In this document: piece by piece, positions 50,283 through 63,604 of the stretch
Layout of the letters: each line of letters opens with the position of its first letter
How positions within the stretch are numbered: position 1 is the stretch's first letter
Assembly (NCBI RefSeq): GCF_006345805.1
Contig: NC_043000.1
Location: 59,086,001-59,150,000 of the forward strand
Length of the DNA: 64,000 nt
Direction of reading: 5' to 3'
Source: Octopus sinensis
Taxonomy: Eukaryota
Made by a program: the position numbers and the translations under genes
Notes under the pieces: generated by a model
Told to the model about the DNA's origin: nothing
Databases searched by the model: none
What the model saw: the letters and a program-made list of their open reading frames with translations, nothing else

Positions 50283-52872
50283 CAGCCACGTAGCCAGCTG
50301 ATTGCCCCTACTTTTGTGTTTAACTAAAAAAGCATAACTATGAAGAAATTGAAAAAAAAAAAAAATTGCTTGAACTGAAATCTCTTACGAGTTTAGTTTA
50401 AAAATACATAAGTTTTAAGAAATTGTTACTCTTACTACGATATTCTACCTTAGAATTAATTATTGCTAATATCAGTGCCCAAAAATAATTTATCACTACC
50501 GAAAAAGAGAACTGAAGCAATCATTGCTGAATTTCCAATCTGAAGTGGACAAAAGCCTTATGCTTATATTTTTCGTTTATTGTTTTGGTTTCCCCCCCCC
50601 CCACACACACATTTCTTGACGCCTAGCCTGGTCAAAACTTCTGATATATTTCATTATTTTCATTTTACTTGTTGCAATCTTTAAACTGAGGCCATACTGG
50701 GGCATCACCTCGAAGAATTTTTAGTCGAATGTACCGACTCCAATATTTTTTTTAATGCTTTTCAACAAGCACATAGTTAAGCCTAAAAGGTATTTCTACA
50801 TGCTAGAGATAATAGCCAAATCTTTAAACATTATTTTTATATAATTTCAAATAAACATCGACCACGAGGCTGACGGTTTCTTCTCAACAATTCAATGATT
50901 TCCTTTTGCATTGTTGCTGAGGTGTAGATCGCAGTTTTTGGAATCGTGCTATAACATTCCATTAGCTTTGAGTCTTTCTCTAATGTGTAAAAAAGACCAC
51001 AAGGCTGCGTGTCATCTTCCGAATAAAGATTCTTCATTTTTGTTTCCTCGAAAAGGCAATTCGTTTGCACAAAGGAAATGAACAATATCAACAATGGAAC
51101 TGATATAATAACGGTTTTTGCTCAACTGATCATTTTGCAAGATTGAAGACAGAGATGTTGTGGATAAATGCTGTTGGCGTTCCTTCCATGTTAGCATAGC
51201 TTGGATAGGGGATGCAGAGTTTGCGTGTTTATTTAAACCTTTGCTTTTTTCTTTTGCGTGATGCCAATTAGAATATCCATCTATATATATAAAACTGTAG
51301 TTGTGTGAGTGTCTGTCCCCTTCGATTTAGATTCCTAACTACTCCCACATTTTGCTGTGCAGTTTAACCAAATTCGGGTATCTTATAGTCGTGATTCATA
51401 TCGAGCCCGTCTGAGTATTAGCGCGCGTCTACGATGAGTCTACGATTTAAAAAATAATTTAACATAATTTTTTATTCCATTTTAATGCATAATTTTTCGT
51501 GTGTCGATGGCTGCGGAGTTGGCGTCCATGGTCACACCTGCACCTGTTTGCTTCTCCACCTTCTTCCCTCCCTCGTGAAGCTGTGGGGAAGGGAGTGTAA
51601 GGAAATCAACGTCGTAAAGCGTTGTCAAGGAGACCAGCGTTCTTTTAGAACAACGACTTCATGGCTTGAAGACACCAAAACAGAAATGGCTAAGAAAGCA
51701 CGAATTGGCATCTATAAGGGAAGTAACTCTCTAAAAATGCTTATATAGTTATTTCCCTTACAAACCCGAGCAACGCCGGGCGATACTGCTAGTTTTTAAT
51801 AAAACAATTATCAGCTTGAGCGGAAGTATTAAAGTGCCGACAAGCAAAACAAACAAGGCTTTCTTTGAAAGAGAATACTCTAACCATAAACGACCAGTAT
51901 ATCAGCTTGACGAAAAGTCACGTCTTTGTTTTCCATAAATTTTTGGATCAAACTTTGCTAGAACTGGTTGCACTGGTTGGCAGTCGACCTGTCCTATGAG
52001 GGTGTCAAAGACGTGGCAAGACCGCCCTTGAGCTGCGAAACTTTTGTTTATATGAATCAGCAATAATTGCTTCAGTTCTCTTTTTCTGTAGGGATTCATT
52101 ATTTTTGGGAACTGAAATTAGCAATAAGGTAGAATATCGTAAGTGTAACAATTTCTTAAAATTTATGTATTTTAAAACTAAACTCGTAAGAGATTTCAGT
52201 TCAAGCAATTTTTTCATAGTTATGCTTTTTTTAGTTAAACACAAAATAATTTCAGTATAAACTTTGTTTAAAGAGTAAGAAAAGTTATTCAGTGAAAGTT
52301 CTCACCTGAAAATCCTTTCTGAACGTATATTTTGGGAAATTTCAAAAATTTTATTTCCTTCTTCGCAAATAATAATCCTCTCTGACTAGTAGAAATAAAA
52401 TGACCTTTTAATGTCTGCCTCTGTTCATATATATACTTGTGTAGTGATGCGTTTACTACCATAAATCTCTAACTACAGCAACAATTCTTCACATACTTTT
52501 CAACAGCAACAAGGACAATCACCACCACCACAACAACAATTGACCTAGCGTCAGCCACTCCTTAATTCAACACAACAGTTGATGACCGGGTCAGCAGCCA
52601 ATTCTGCGACAAAAATTACAGCTACAACAAACACTTTGACCAGCTCTAATTTACCCACGTTTTCATATTATTAACTACTAAATCAAAAGAAATTCAATTT
52701 ATAACAGCTTTAACGACTTCAGATATTGCTTATGAGAAAAAAGAAGGTGGCGACAATATATTATTTCAAAAGTGGATAAAACAGAAACTTATAATGGGGA
52801 GGGGGGGCCTGAGATTCTAACTGGGGGTGCTGAGCACCCCATAGACCCCCCCTCCCAGTGGCCACGTGCCTG
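50283..52872 (-). mobile_element. hAT element (internally deleted) with transposase remnant
   Basis: Exact 8-bp TSD TGCCAAGG on both sides; TIRs cagccacgtagcca / caggcacgtggcca. Minus-strand fragments NRYYISSIVDIVHFLCANELPFRG and YTSATMQKEIIELL are typical of the DUF4371/ZMYM-type hAT region. Confidence 0.88.
51280..51792 (+). mobile_element. non-autonomous Helitron nested in the hAT element
   Basis: a|TCtatatatataaaactgtag ... cccgagcaacgccgggcgatactgCTAG|t. Confidence 0.92.
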
Positions 52873-52899
52873 TGCCAAGGTGATGTTTACAGACACAAT

Positions 52900-53065
52900 C
52901 CTATTTTTTTCCTGTCTTCCCTTCCTTGGATCTTTCCTTTTCCTATGTTTCTGACGAAGAGCTCCGCTCAAAACGTTAAATCCTCCTTCTTTCTTTTCTT
53001 TCCTGAGCGTCCAATAACACTATACTTGTTCCACGTCCTCGCGTTGTTGTGTTTTCATGTTTGAA
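52900..53065 (+). mobile_element. Penelope-like element 3' end
   Basis: ctgacgaagagctccgctcaaaacgttaaatcc, a PLE-type terminal motif (recalled). Confidence 0.55.
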
Positions 53066-53088
53066 TTAACTTATGTATATATATATAT

Positions 53089-54354
53089 CAGGTCATCCCA
53101 TAAGTTCTGTCTGATTTTACCTTTTTTAAAATTGAATGAAATTTAATAGTATTTTAGAATGTCTAACGGAATTAAAAATTATTTTTATGCATTTGTGTAC
53201 ATTTAAACTAATTAAATATTATTTTACAGAATAATAGAATTAAAATTTCTTTGATTTAAACCCTTTCTAACTTGGAAGTATCCAAAGAGCATTTAAGGCA
53301 CATAACGCTTTATGAGTACAAAAAAGGAAACTGCAGCCAAAGTGGCTCGAAACATACACCCAGTTTATGGGAAAGAATGCTTGTATGAAAGGACTTGCAG
53401 AAGATGTTTTACAAAATTCAGAAGAGATTTCAGCCTTGAAGATGAAGATCAACCAGGATGTCCGGTTGAGTTTGATGATAAGCTTCTTGAGGCATTACTT
53501 GAAGAAAATCCTGCATTATCAGTTGAAGAATTGGCAATAAAGCTTAGTTCAAACCATACAACTATTCATTGTCATCTTCAACAACTTGGAAAATGGGTGC
53601 CTCATGAATTGTCCGAAAGCAACGGCAAAGCCCAAGTTGACATCTGCTCTTCTCTCCATTATCGCGAACTCATTTCACCTTTTTTGGATAGACTTGTGAC
53701 TGGTGATGAAAAATGGATCTTCTATTGAAATGTTCAATGTCATAAACAGTGGTTTGGTAAAAGGGAAAAAGCTCAACCCCAACCCCAACCGAGAAGGGAA
53801 CTTCATGGAAAAAAGGTTCTTCTCTCTATCTGGTGGGATTGCAAAAGAGTAATTCACTTTGAATTGTTACCACCTAATGCAACAATCAATGCTCAAGTCT
53901 ACTGTCAACAATTAGAGCATTTGAACCAAGCTTTGAAGAAAAAAAGACCTGCTTTAGTGAATTGAAAAGGAGTGATGTTTCAAGACAATGTGTGACCCCA
54001 CACTGCAAAGATCACATCACAGAAGATCGAAGAGCTTGGTTGGGAATAAATTCCTCATCCACTTAATTCTCCTGACCTTGCTCCTTCAGACTACAATTTG
54101 TTTTGTAGTTTACAGAATCATTTGGGGCACATAACTTTTGCAAGCTCAGAGGAGGTCGAAACTGACATTTCAAAGATCTTTGCTTCAAAACCAAAATAGT
54201 TTTACATTGATGGGATTAAAAAGCTTGTAAATAGATGGAAGGAAGTCATAGATAATCAGGGAAAGTACATTGATGATTAAATTTCAATTAAATATAACAT
54301 TTGATCACTAGTTTTCTTTATTCAAAATTCAGACAGAACTTATGTGATGACCTA
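53089..54354 (+). mobile_element. full-length but inactivated mariner transposon (DD34D)
   Basis: About 30-bp TIRs caggtcatcccataagttctgtctgatttt / aaaattcagacagaacttatgtgatgaccta with TA flanks. Motifs GKWVPHEL, LVTGDEKWIFY and SPDLAPSDY; several stops and frameshifts. Confidence 0.95.
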
Positions 54355-54431
54355 TGTATGAATGTATGTATGTATATATGTACATACGTATGTAGTGCGT
54401 TTGTAATTATGTATGTATGTATTTTTTCTTC

Positions 54432-54581
54432 AGGAAGTTAAATGTTATGGCTGGTCATAAAGTGACCATTAGTTTCACATCTATAAAGTGCTTAACAGTA
54501 TACATGACTTCTCTACTGCTAAGTGCTTTATAGTTGCAAAAGCAATAGTCACTTTATGACCGGCCATAACTTTAACTTCCT
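54432..54581. repeat. near-fully palindromic 150-bp MITE
   Basis: aggaagttaaatgttatggctggtcataaagtgac ... gtcactttatgaccggccataactttaacttcct, plus an inner second stem. Confidence 0.8.
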
Positions 54582-57500
54582 AAAAAATGTATTACAGCTC
54601 TAATGTGTGCTTCTTTTTTGGATATATGAACTACTGACAATATATATAATATTTATATATATAATATAATCTATATATACAGGGCTAGATGTAAGTCCGT
54701 TAATCGTTAATTAATGAAGTTAAAATTTTTGTTAACAATTTAACTTTTAAGTTAACTTCGAAAATCATTATCAGACTAATTAACTTCTATTACATTTAGC
54801 TTCTTTTAACTCAAGTCTGTTAATCCAAAAATTGTATAAAACCCAGTAAACGTTTAAAATTTTCTGTTGTTTTCAGATTGTCTTAGCATATTTAATATTG
54901 TATGCATCATTCTTTCAACCCCGATATAATGCCAATTATTATCATAAATAACTTGTAGGACCTCATTTGGCCCTGCCTGGATTTGAAACCAAAGCCACAT
55001 GCTTGTTACTTGCAAAGACAGCGGGAAATTTCTTTGTCCTGTCAAGAGGGAACAGTGGTGATTGATGTGTTTCCACTTGATCCGTGACCTTGCTGAGCTG
55101 GATGTCAGAGAAAATATTGACTTCCATAAAGTGGAAAAAATAAATGGAAGGAAAAAAGTTGGTAAATATTTCAGTGTGAATGCAAATAGTTGATTCATGG
55201 GAGCAGGACATGCTAGAAATGTAGCCAAATTTTTCCTTTTCTGGAAAAAGGATTTGTTTACATGTGATTTCGATGTCACACTTGTTGAAACCATGCAGAA
55301 TAAAAAAGACCCATGAAACAAAACCCCCTTGGTGGGAAACGTCAAAGTTCCCAGCACCCCTTCCACCTTTCTTTTCCAGAAAAAAGTGGCTTGCAGCAGG
55401 TTTGGAGTTCAGATAAGTTGAATGCACCTGAAAAAACTGTGGAAAAAAAAATTATTCCACACCGAGGTATGAAATATTTACTGAATGAATAAAATCTACC
55501 GAGATTATACCTGTATTTTAATTAATTCAAATTAATGTACCTCATCTTGAAAAGTGGCAAAATGTTTGTTAGTTGGGATAATTTTAGTAACAAATCAAAC
55601 AGATAAGAGATAATTAAGAATTTCAGTTTTAGTATTTATCTATCATGTTATTGCTTTTACATATGTAAAAATTACCTGCCCATAAAAGTAAAATTTACTC
55701 AGCAAATTCAGCTAAAACTACATAACTATAAACCAGTGGTATATAAAGCACCCACTGACAAAATTTCAAATTTGTATGTAAAAAATTTACAAAGTTACAT
55801 GCAAATATTGTGGACACCGTTCTTGAACCTGAACAATTCAAAATAACGTGAACAAATAAGCATTTGACAGATTAATATAAACACTAAAGATGTTTTTTAG
55901 GTGTTTTTTCTTACACACACATAACACGGCCTCACCTGGTTGGGACTACATGTGTTACTTTGACAGCATCATTCCATAAAATTTGTTTATGAGGAGAAAA
56001 ATATTGAAAAATATCAATAGATGTGTGAGTGAGAAAGAAACAAGGAGGGAAGTTTTGGGATGTGCTAGAAACAACAGCCAGATCTCCCTTAAATCACACA
56101 TTTTCCTCTGAAATTATTAGCAATTTTCTTTTAAACAGAAAATGTTTCTCTTACGGGTTTTAAGGGCATAGTGAAAAAAAAAAATGGCCCGAATAGTTTT
56201 GGACTGGGGTGCTGGGAGTAAAAAAAAAAAAAAAATTTCCAAATTCTTTTTTCATGTGAAAAGATACCTCCCATCATTCTGAAGACTTTGGTGAAAAACA
56301 TTGGAAAAAATTCCTGTCAAGACAGAGAAATTCCAACTTATGTGGGCTGTCTGATCAGAAACTCTGTTTTCCAGAAATTTCCCCCCTCCCCTTCTAAAGA
56401 TTTTGCCTACAAATTTCTATGTAATCGTAATTCACACCGTTTGAATTGTATTTGTATAAAATTTCATCAAAAAATACCTATTTTCCAGAAAGTTATGAGG
56501 GCGGAAAGGTCGGGTCCTGTGAATTTTCCAGAACTCCTCACCCCAACCCATCGGAAAATTTTTTCCAACAAATCTTTACATACACTCAATCTACAGGATA
56601 TAAGCGATTATTTGGTGAAAGTTTCCTCTACACAATCAGGCAGTCCTCAAAGAATTTCTCTGAGTGCCAGAAAAACCATTGACTACTCTCAACCATTGCC
56701 CAAGAGGTGGAACACTGCTGTATACAGTTTATAGAGCTACATGCAAGAGCTGGGTGCCAGAAGAAAGCCGGTGGCAGATGAGCTGTCTTGAAAAGGATTT
56801 GACAGTATGAAGGCAGTGGATTGCAAGAATCACTAGAGCTTTGGTAAAAATATTTTTCAAGTCTTTTTCCTTCTCTTTTGCCTTTCAACTCTCTAGCGTT
56901 CATAAAACAAAGTAATAGTTAAGTACTGTGGTCGACATAATTGACTCGCCCCTACTTCGATCAAAATTGCTGGTCTTGTACCTAAATTAGAAACCATTGT
57001 TATTGACGTTATTATTACAGTATGAAGTGAGACATTATTATTACAGCATGAAACAATAGTAAACAAGACTAAAATATCTTACATGATGTGTTGTAATTGC
57101 TGTATATTTGAGTTCAACTCACATATCTTCAAGGTTAATAGAATATATGTCATCCATGTATTCATGTGCATTAAATTAAATGAAATTTTTCTTACATATT
57201 TGTGATATTGTTCATATGTAAGAAGCCATTATCACTTTGATATGATACTGATCAGGAAACAATATTAATGCTTCTATCATTATTCTGGTCCACAGTAGGA
57301 TTGAATGTAGCATTGCAAAGCTAAGAAAAAATTAACTATACAGTTCTAATGCTGCTTATTATGGTAGGATATAGCCACCCATGGTACCATTTTATAGCTA
57401 GGTGACTTACATATTCAAATGTTTAGGCCATGTTTGCCAGCCAAGTTGATGCTGCAGTTTTTGCTTTTCTACTGTATGCAGTGAAAGCATATGGCATGAT

Positions 57501-59661
57501 GGTTAGGGTGTTTGTCACATAATCATAAGGACATGGGTTCAGTTCCTGGATTGAGCGGTGCATTGTGTCCTTGAGCAAGACACTTCTTTTTCACATTGTT
57601 TCAGTCTGCTCAACTGAAATGAGTTCAAGCTGAGTGCTGGCGCATCCCTCTATTTCTCTGCTGTCACATCCTGGATGTTCTGTTGGGTCAAAGATGAAGA
57701 GCAGAGGAGGCATATAAAACAATTTGCAAAACTGTGGTACATGTTAACCAGTCATCATTTGTGAATGAGTTGGTAGCATGTACTATGCTTTCATTCATGA
57801 GTGATGGCTGCCTACACTGTTGTATGCATTAACACTGAATATTTTAGTTAACTTGAGAAAAAATAGTTGGTATCCATAGTTTTATGGACTCTTCTAAACT
57901 GGGGCATTTGTAAATGTAGATAATAGACTTCAGAGGATTGTGTGACACAGGTTCTTGACAGAGTTTAGTGATTTCACTTCACTTTCACCTTGTGATTTTA
58001 ATATCCAACCTTGATAAACATGTTAGAGAAGTATGGGTTCTATTAGGCTGACTTTCCCAAACACATTAGCTGAATACAATCTTGAGTGATGTTTCAATAA
58101 CTTTTAACAGCGCAGACTAACATCTCCTTCAGTTTTACTGTGAAATTTTGCATACCATAATATAATATGTGTTGTGTGTTCATTTGAGGAAATAATACAA
58201 GAAATGAACTTTTCCCTATGCTCATTGATGATTTGTTACACCAATTTATAGAAAAAGGGTAAGCTCCAGAGCACATTCAGATTAGTTGTTTGAGAATGTA
58301 TTATGCACAACGTGATTGGATCTGTAATCCAAATTCCGTGCAATACTCAACCAATTTTCAACACTCACATGATAGTTAACATGACCAACCATTACAGATT
58401 ACTATGCTGAGCCTATAAAAGTTGATCGTCTTCAATATGCCATAATAAAAATTGGCCTTGCTACAAACTCATTAAAACTTGAAAGACATAATCATTCCCT
58501 GTGGTATATCTAGATGAGATTAGAATAGATAATATTCACTTTGAATTGTTAAAGTTTTATATTTGGAAAAACATAAATAAAAGAGTTCTAGAAGGGTAAG
58601 GCTTTAGAGAAGGAAGTTTGTGAAAAGAGTTTTGAATCTGGAATTAATGTGGGGATGAAAGACAGGTGCATCAAGTGAAGGTGACACATAATTATGATGA
58701 GTTTAGAGGAACATAGACTTAATACAAAGATTGCAAAGGTTTTAGCTGTGTCGTATCAGTGAGTAGGTGTGATGTAATATTGTGACTTTTTTCCCCTCAG
58801 AGTTGATGAGGAAAAAACAACGAAAAATAAAAAGAAGTACTAGCTCAGAGTTTATTTTAAAAGAAAAATACAAACAGTTCTTTTCCATATACTGAAGATT
58901 TGGAAGATAATTTTAGCATATGAAGACGTAAATATTCTACTTTAAGGTTGAGATACATTTTTACTTATAAAAAACTTTCATAACTATCTTTATTTTTAAA
59001 TGCTGAGCTTGCATGATAATTGTTACATGAAAATGGTAACACTTACTTAATACATACAAGTTTTAATAAGGCGTGAAAATAATTAATTTCTAAAGACATC
59101 TCCATTACTTGATACAATAGATATGCTAAAGATCTGAATCGACTCAACCTTTAATTGTATTCGCCTTGATTTTGGTGATGGCAAATCCTGGAAAAAACAA
59201 AAAAAACAAAAGTTTATGACGGACGATATTTTAGACAAGTTAAGGTAAAAATATACTCAAAAACACATAAAACCTTTAGCCTAAAGTCTGACCTCTGATC
59301 AATTCTACTATTATGATTCCTAACAGATTCATTTATTGTTTTACATCTCGATTTCGTTGTTGATTACAAATATAGCATCTTGTTTTTTAAATTTAAATGC
59401 CAATTTAAGAAACCATATCGGAACAATAATTAAGATAATCCCGGTTGATAAGTTAGATTTATCTCCCTTGGACCAAAAAATATATTTTGGTTTCCTTGAT
59501 AACAGGTGGTGTTTATGGGTATCTATTTCTTAAAGACATGAGCCAATAACTCCATTACTGAATACAATAGATATAATGAAGATATGAATCGACTCATCCA
59601 GGTGGTGGTGATGGAAACACCAGTTTCCACCTGGCGTGACTTTTTAACTCTGCTATCTTTA

Positions 59662-61350
59662 TCTTTTGCTTGTTTCAGTCATCAGAGTGCGGTCATGCTG
59701 GGGCACCACCTTGAAATTTTAGTCGAAGGAATGGACCCCAGTACTTATTCTTTAAAGCCTGGTATTTACTCTATCGTCCTCTTTGCCGAACCGCTAAGTT
59801 ACTGGGACGTAAACACACCAATACCGGCTGTGAAGCGGTAGTGGGGGATAAAGATAGACACATATGACGGGCTTCTTTCAGTTTCCATTTACCAAGTTCA
59901 CTCACGAGGCTTTGGTCGGCAAGAGGCTATAGTAGAAGACCACTTGCACAAGGCACCACGTAGTTAGACTGAACCCGGAACCATGTGGTTAGGAAGCAAG
60001 CTTTTTACAATACAACCACGTCTGCACTATATGCTGATAATGTATTTACTGACTTTATTATTTCTCTCTTCATTTTTTTTTACTGTAAATCATGTCTTTT
60101 TTCAATGAATTACTGCAAACATTCATATCAAGAAATTCAGGGTCGTGGACCTCCAGCTGTTCGACAGTAAGGATTCAGTTGTTCGATCTGAATTGATGCC
60201 TAAGTGGACGAGCATTCCACAGATACGTACACCCATGACGTAATCCTTCAGGCAGAATCAAGTTGTACAACTCAGAAAGTGTCTGTTAACCTGAAAAATG
60301 GCAATTGCCTAAAGTACCAAGCCAAGGGTTCAAACCAGAGACCTTATGGTTGCAAAGGGATTCTATACACATACACACAGTCACATAGCTATTCCCACTC
60401 CACAAGAAAATATTATCTTAATGAACATCTCAAAACATTCCTTTCTACTACAGGCACAAGGTCTGGAATTTTTGTGGGAGGAGGTAAGTCGATTACATCG
60501 ACCCCAGTGCTCAACTGATGCTTATTTTATCGACCCACAGAGGGTTAAAGGCTAAGTCGGCTGAACTCAGAATGTAAAATCGCTAAGCATTTTGCCCGAT
60601 GTGTGTGCTAACGATTCTGTCAGCTCGCCGATTTGTATGTTTTAGACAAAACGAATATCGGAGTCACAAGAAGAAAAAGGGGTAAAAAAAAAAAGGAAAA
60701 AAGAAAGAAAGAAACCCTCATAGATGGGGTTAATTTTTTGCCTTCCTCTTCCTGTAAATTTTCCGTTTTGATATTTTCAAAATTTTTTGTCGGAATTATG
60801 TTATGCACAATTTTGAAAAATCGTAATCTCAAATGTTTATACGTAAATCTGAAGAAGGAAGAGGAGACAAAGGAGGAGAGTAAGAAGAACAAAGTAATTT
60901 AAATTTGAAAAATTACAGGGTGGAGAGGCAGACAACCTTTCTCATTCTTTTTCTTTTCTTTTTTGATTCATAATATACGAAGCTAAAAACATACAGATTC
61001 CGAAAAACTTGGGAAACCCTTCCAAAGGTTTTGGCGCATTAGGTAGTTTCTTACTATACTATTGTATGGGAGTTCCTCTTATTTTAATAAATACCGTATT
61101 TGATGACATAAAAGACACACTTCAATCTGAGCAGAGCTTATTAAAAAAAGTTTTTAGCGCATTAAAGTTAGATCCAACTTAAGGCTGCGAGCAGGCAGAA
61201 TCGTTAACGAGCCGGATAGAATGCCAAGTAGCATTTCGTCTGTCTTTACGTTCTGAGTACAAATTCCGTGAGGTTGACTTTGCCTTTCATCCTTTCGGGG
61301 TTGAATAAATAAGTAACTGTTGAGTACTGGGATCGATGTAATCAACTTAC
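59662..61350. mobile_element. SINE cluster (B at 59662-60020; A at 60436-60630 on - and 61182-61350 on +)
   Basis: Diagnostic cores shared with the copies elsewhere in the window. Confidence 0.8.
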
Positions 61351-62866
61351 CCACTCACTCGAAATCGCTGCCCTTGTGCCAAAATTTGAAACCAGTGTAG
61401 GTCCAACTTCGCATTTATGGACCTGGGTGACTTTTATGAGACTTTTTTTTTTTTAAATGCATCTATGTGCCATCAAATACGGTAATTATCAAATTTGGAT
61501 AGATTTTGACCGGTATTGATATTTTAAAACTCTCAATGTTATACAAATATCCAATTTAAAAATACTTTTCTGATTATTAAAAGTAGTAACGCTTGCAGAG
61601 AGCAAGTATTCCTGAAGTAATATTGTTGATTATTGTTAACAATAGCCTGTTGTCAACAAACATCAGTTATTCCTCCAGCTTCGACAAACGTGAAAGTTTT
61701 TGCAAAGGAGGAAGCCTTGTTACTAAGTTAGATAACGATGTTTTGTTTTTCCTTACCTAGTTTGAAAGACAATAAGATAAACCAACAAGTTTATTTAAAC
61801 GAACATAATAATATTTATTTCTACACGCAGTTTTGTTTTATTTAATTGTTTTAAATATATTATTTACCTTTTGTGGTGAATATATATAATGCCCACGACG
61901 TCGGCATATGAAATATCTTAAGTGCCGTATATAAGGCAAGAACTGGGACACATCTGGTCATATAGACGCGGATAAATATTTAATATCTTTTAAGGGAAGA
62001 TAGCGAAAAACGTGTTTCCCTATCTATCAATTGTTACATATTCAAAAGCAAAAACTACAATTGAATTAGATTTCTCTGCGATCATTCATCATAATTAGGA
62101 GAATTAACCACTGATGTTAGTCTGGGAGAGAATAGAATAGCTTTGCGACGGTATTAACAGCTTTCACTTTTGTCGTTCAAGTGTCTTATATTAGCGAAGA
62201 ATATATAGATAAAAAACCCCAGCTCAAATCAGTACTAGAATACAATTATAATCATTATGTAAATAATTTAGAATTGTCTTACCAAAGAGTAAACCATTCC
62301 GGTATTATGAGTATAAATAGCATTGATCAATATTTCTTGTACGGAAAACCAGTAGTGAAATATTCGTTTCCGACTTTTAGTCTTTATTTCTAGATCAAAC
62401 CATTTTAGTCAATACGATGAATTTTGTATTTAACTCATCTTGCTTTTCTTGGCAAGAATTATCATTAACAGTAGTGATTTTTGGGCGGACATAATGAAGT
62501 CAAAACCCCATCGACAAAAGTGAATGCTCTCCCACCATAATAATTACGAGTCCTGTTGTTTCTGAGTTTTAGACTTTTCTGACTATTTTATCGCTACACT
62601 ATTTGTTACTCCAATTGCATCACCCATATTGTAAAGTTGTTAACCATACAATACGCACCATAACTTGAGTTTCAAGATGCATTTCTAATAATGCTGTTTA
62701 AGCTGGTAACATTTTCTAATCTTTTGCCAAAATTAAAGCTTAAATTAGAAAACATCGCGTGATTTTGTCAAATTTTACGTTATACTGGTCAAAATGGAAA
62801 TTAATTTCGTTCGTTAATGAGAATTAAGCTCTGTACTCAAGAAGTTACTCCGTGGACTGTTTAGAG

Positions 62867-63092
62867 CAGTAGTTTTCAACTGGGGGTCCATGTAAGATTT
62901 TCTGGTTAAATCTTATGTGCAATACATTGCTCATACTTCTACAATACACGAAATATTTTAATTTTTTATACATTTCCTAATAATATTTCATTATAAAAAT
63001 ACAGTAGGACTTTTTTTTTATATGCAGAATGGCTAGAAATGTAGAGTAGGAATGAAAGGGATCCATAGACAAAAAATAGTTGAGAACCACTG
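62867..63092. mobile_element. hAT/Charlie-type MITE
   Basis: cagtagttttcaac ... gttgagaaccactg termini. Confidence 0.65.
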
Positions 63093-63237
63093 GTTTCTAA
63101 CAGTAGTTTCTAACCATAGATCTAACCAGCATGGTGCTAAAAATGGGACGACTCTTGGGTGTAAGGACAGAAAGATACTGATACGTTCGTAGATATTGTA
63201 GGGTTTAAAGAAACCTTAGAGGAAAATGTGACTGAGT

Positions 63238-63410
63238 ATTCTTTTCTGCTCTAGGCACAAGGCCCGAAATTTTTGGGGAGGGGGCCAGTCGATTAGATCG
63301 ACCCCAGTACGCAACTAGTACTTAATTTATCGACCCCGAAAGGATGAGAGGCAAAGTTGACCTCGGCAGAATTTGAACTCAGAATATAAAGACAGACGAA
63401 ATACCAATTT
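63238..63410 (-). mobile_element. tRNA-derived SINE family A
   Basis: gattagatcgaccccagtacgcaactagtacttaatttatcgaccccgaaaggatg...gaatttgaactcagaa. Confidence 0.85.
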
Positions 63411-63604
63411 CTTTATTGCCCACCGGGGGCCAAACATAGAAATGGACAGAACAACTGATGGGATCAGTAAAGCGATATGATTTTACATATAATGTGACTT
63501 TAAAAATTTGAATACAATATAAAAAATCGAATGGAATTAACAATGCAAGGACAATACAAATGAAGCGATGATCAGGCCACGCTCCGACCTCACAAGCCTC
63601 CATC

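Noticed and set aside
54950-55430. One plus-strand frame interrupted only by TGA codons (selenoprotein or mitochondrial code?)
   Set aside because: It is the antisense shadow of the 170-codon minus ORF. There is no SECIS-like element, redox motif or mitochondrial similarity, and chance is sufficient.
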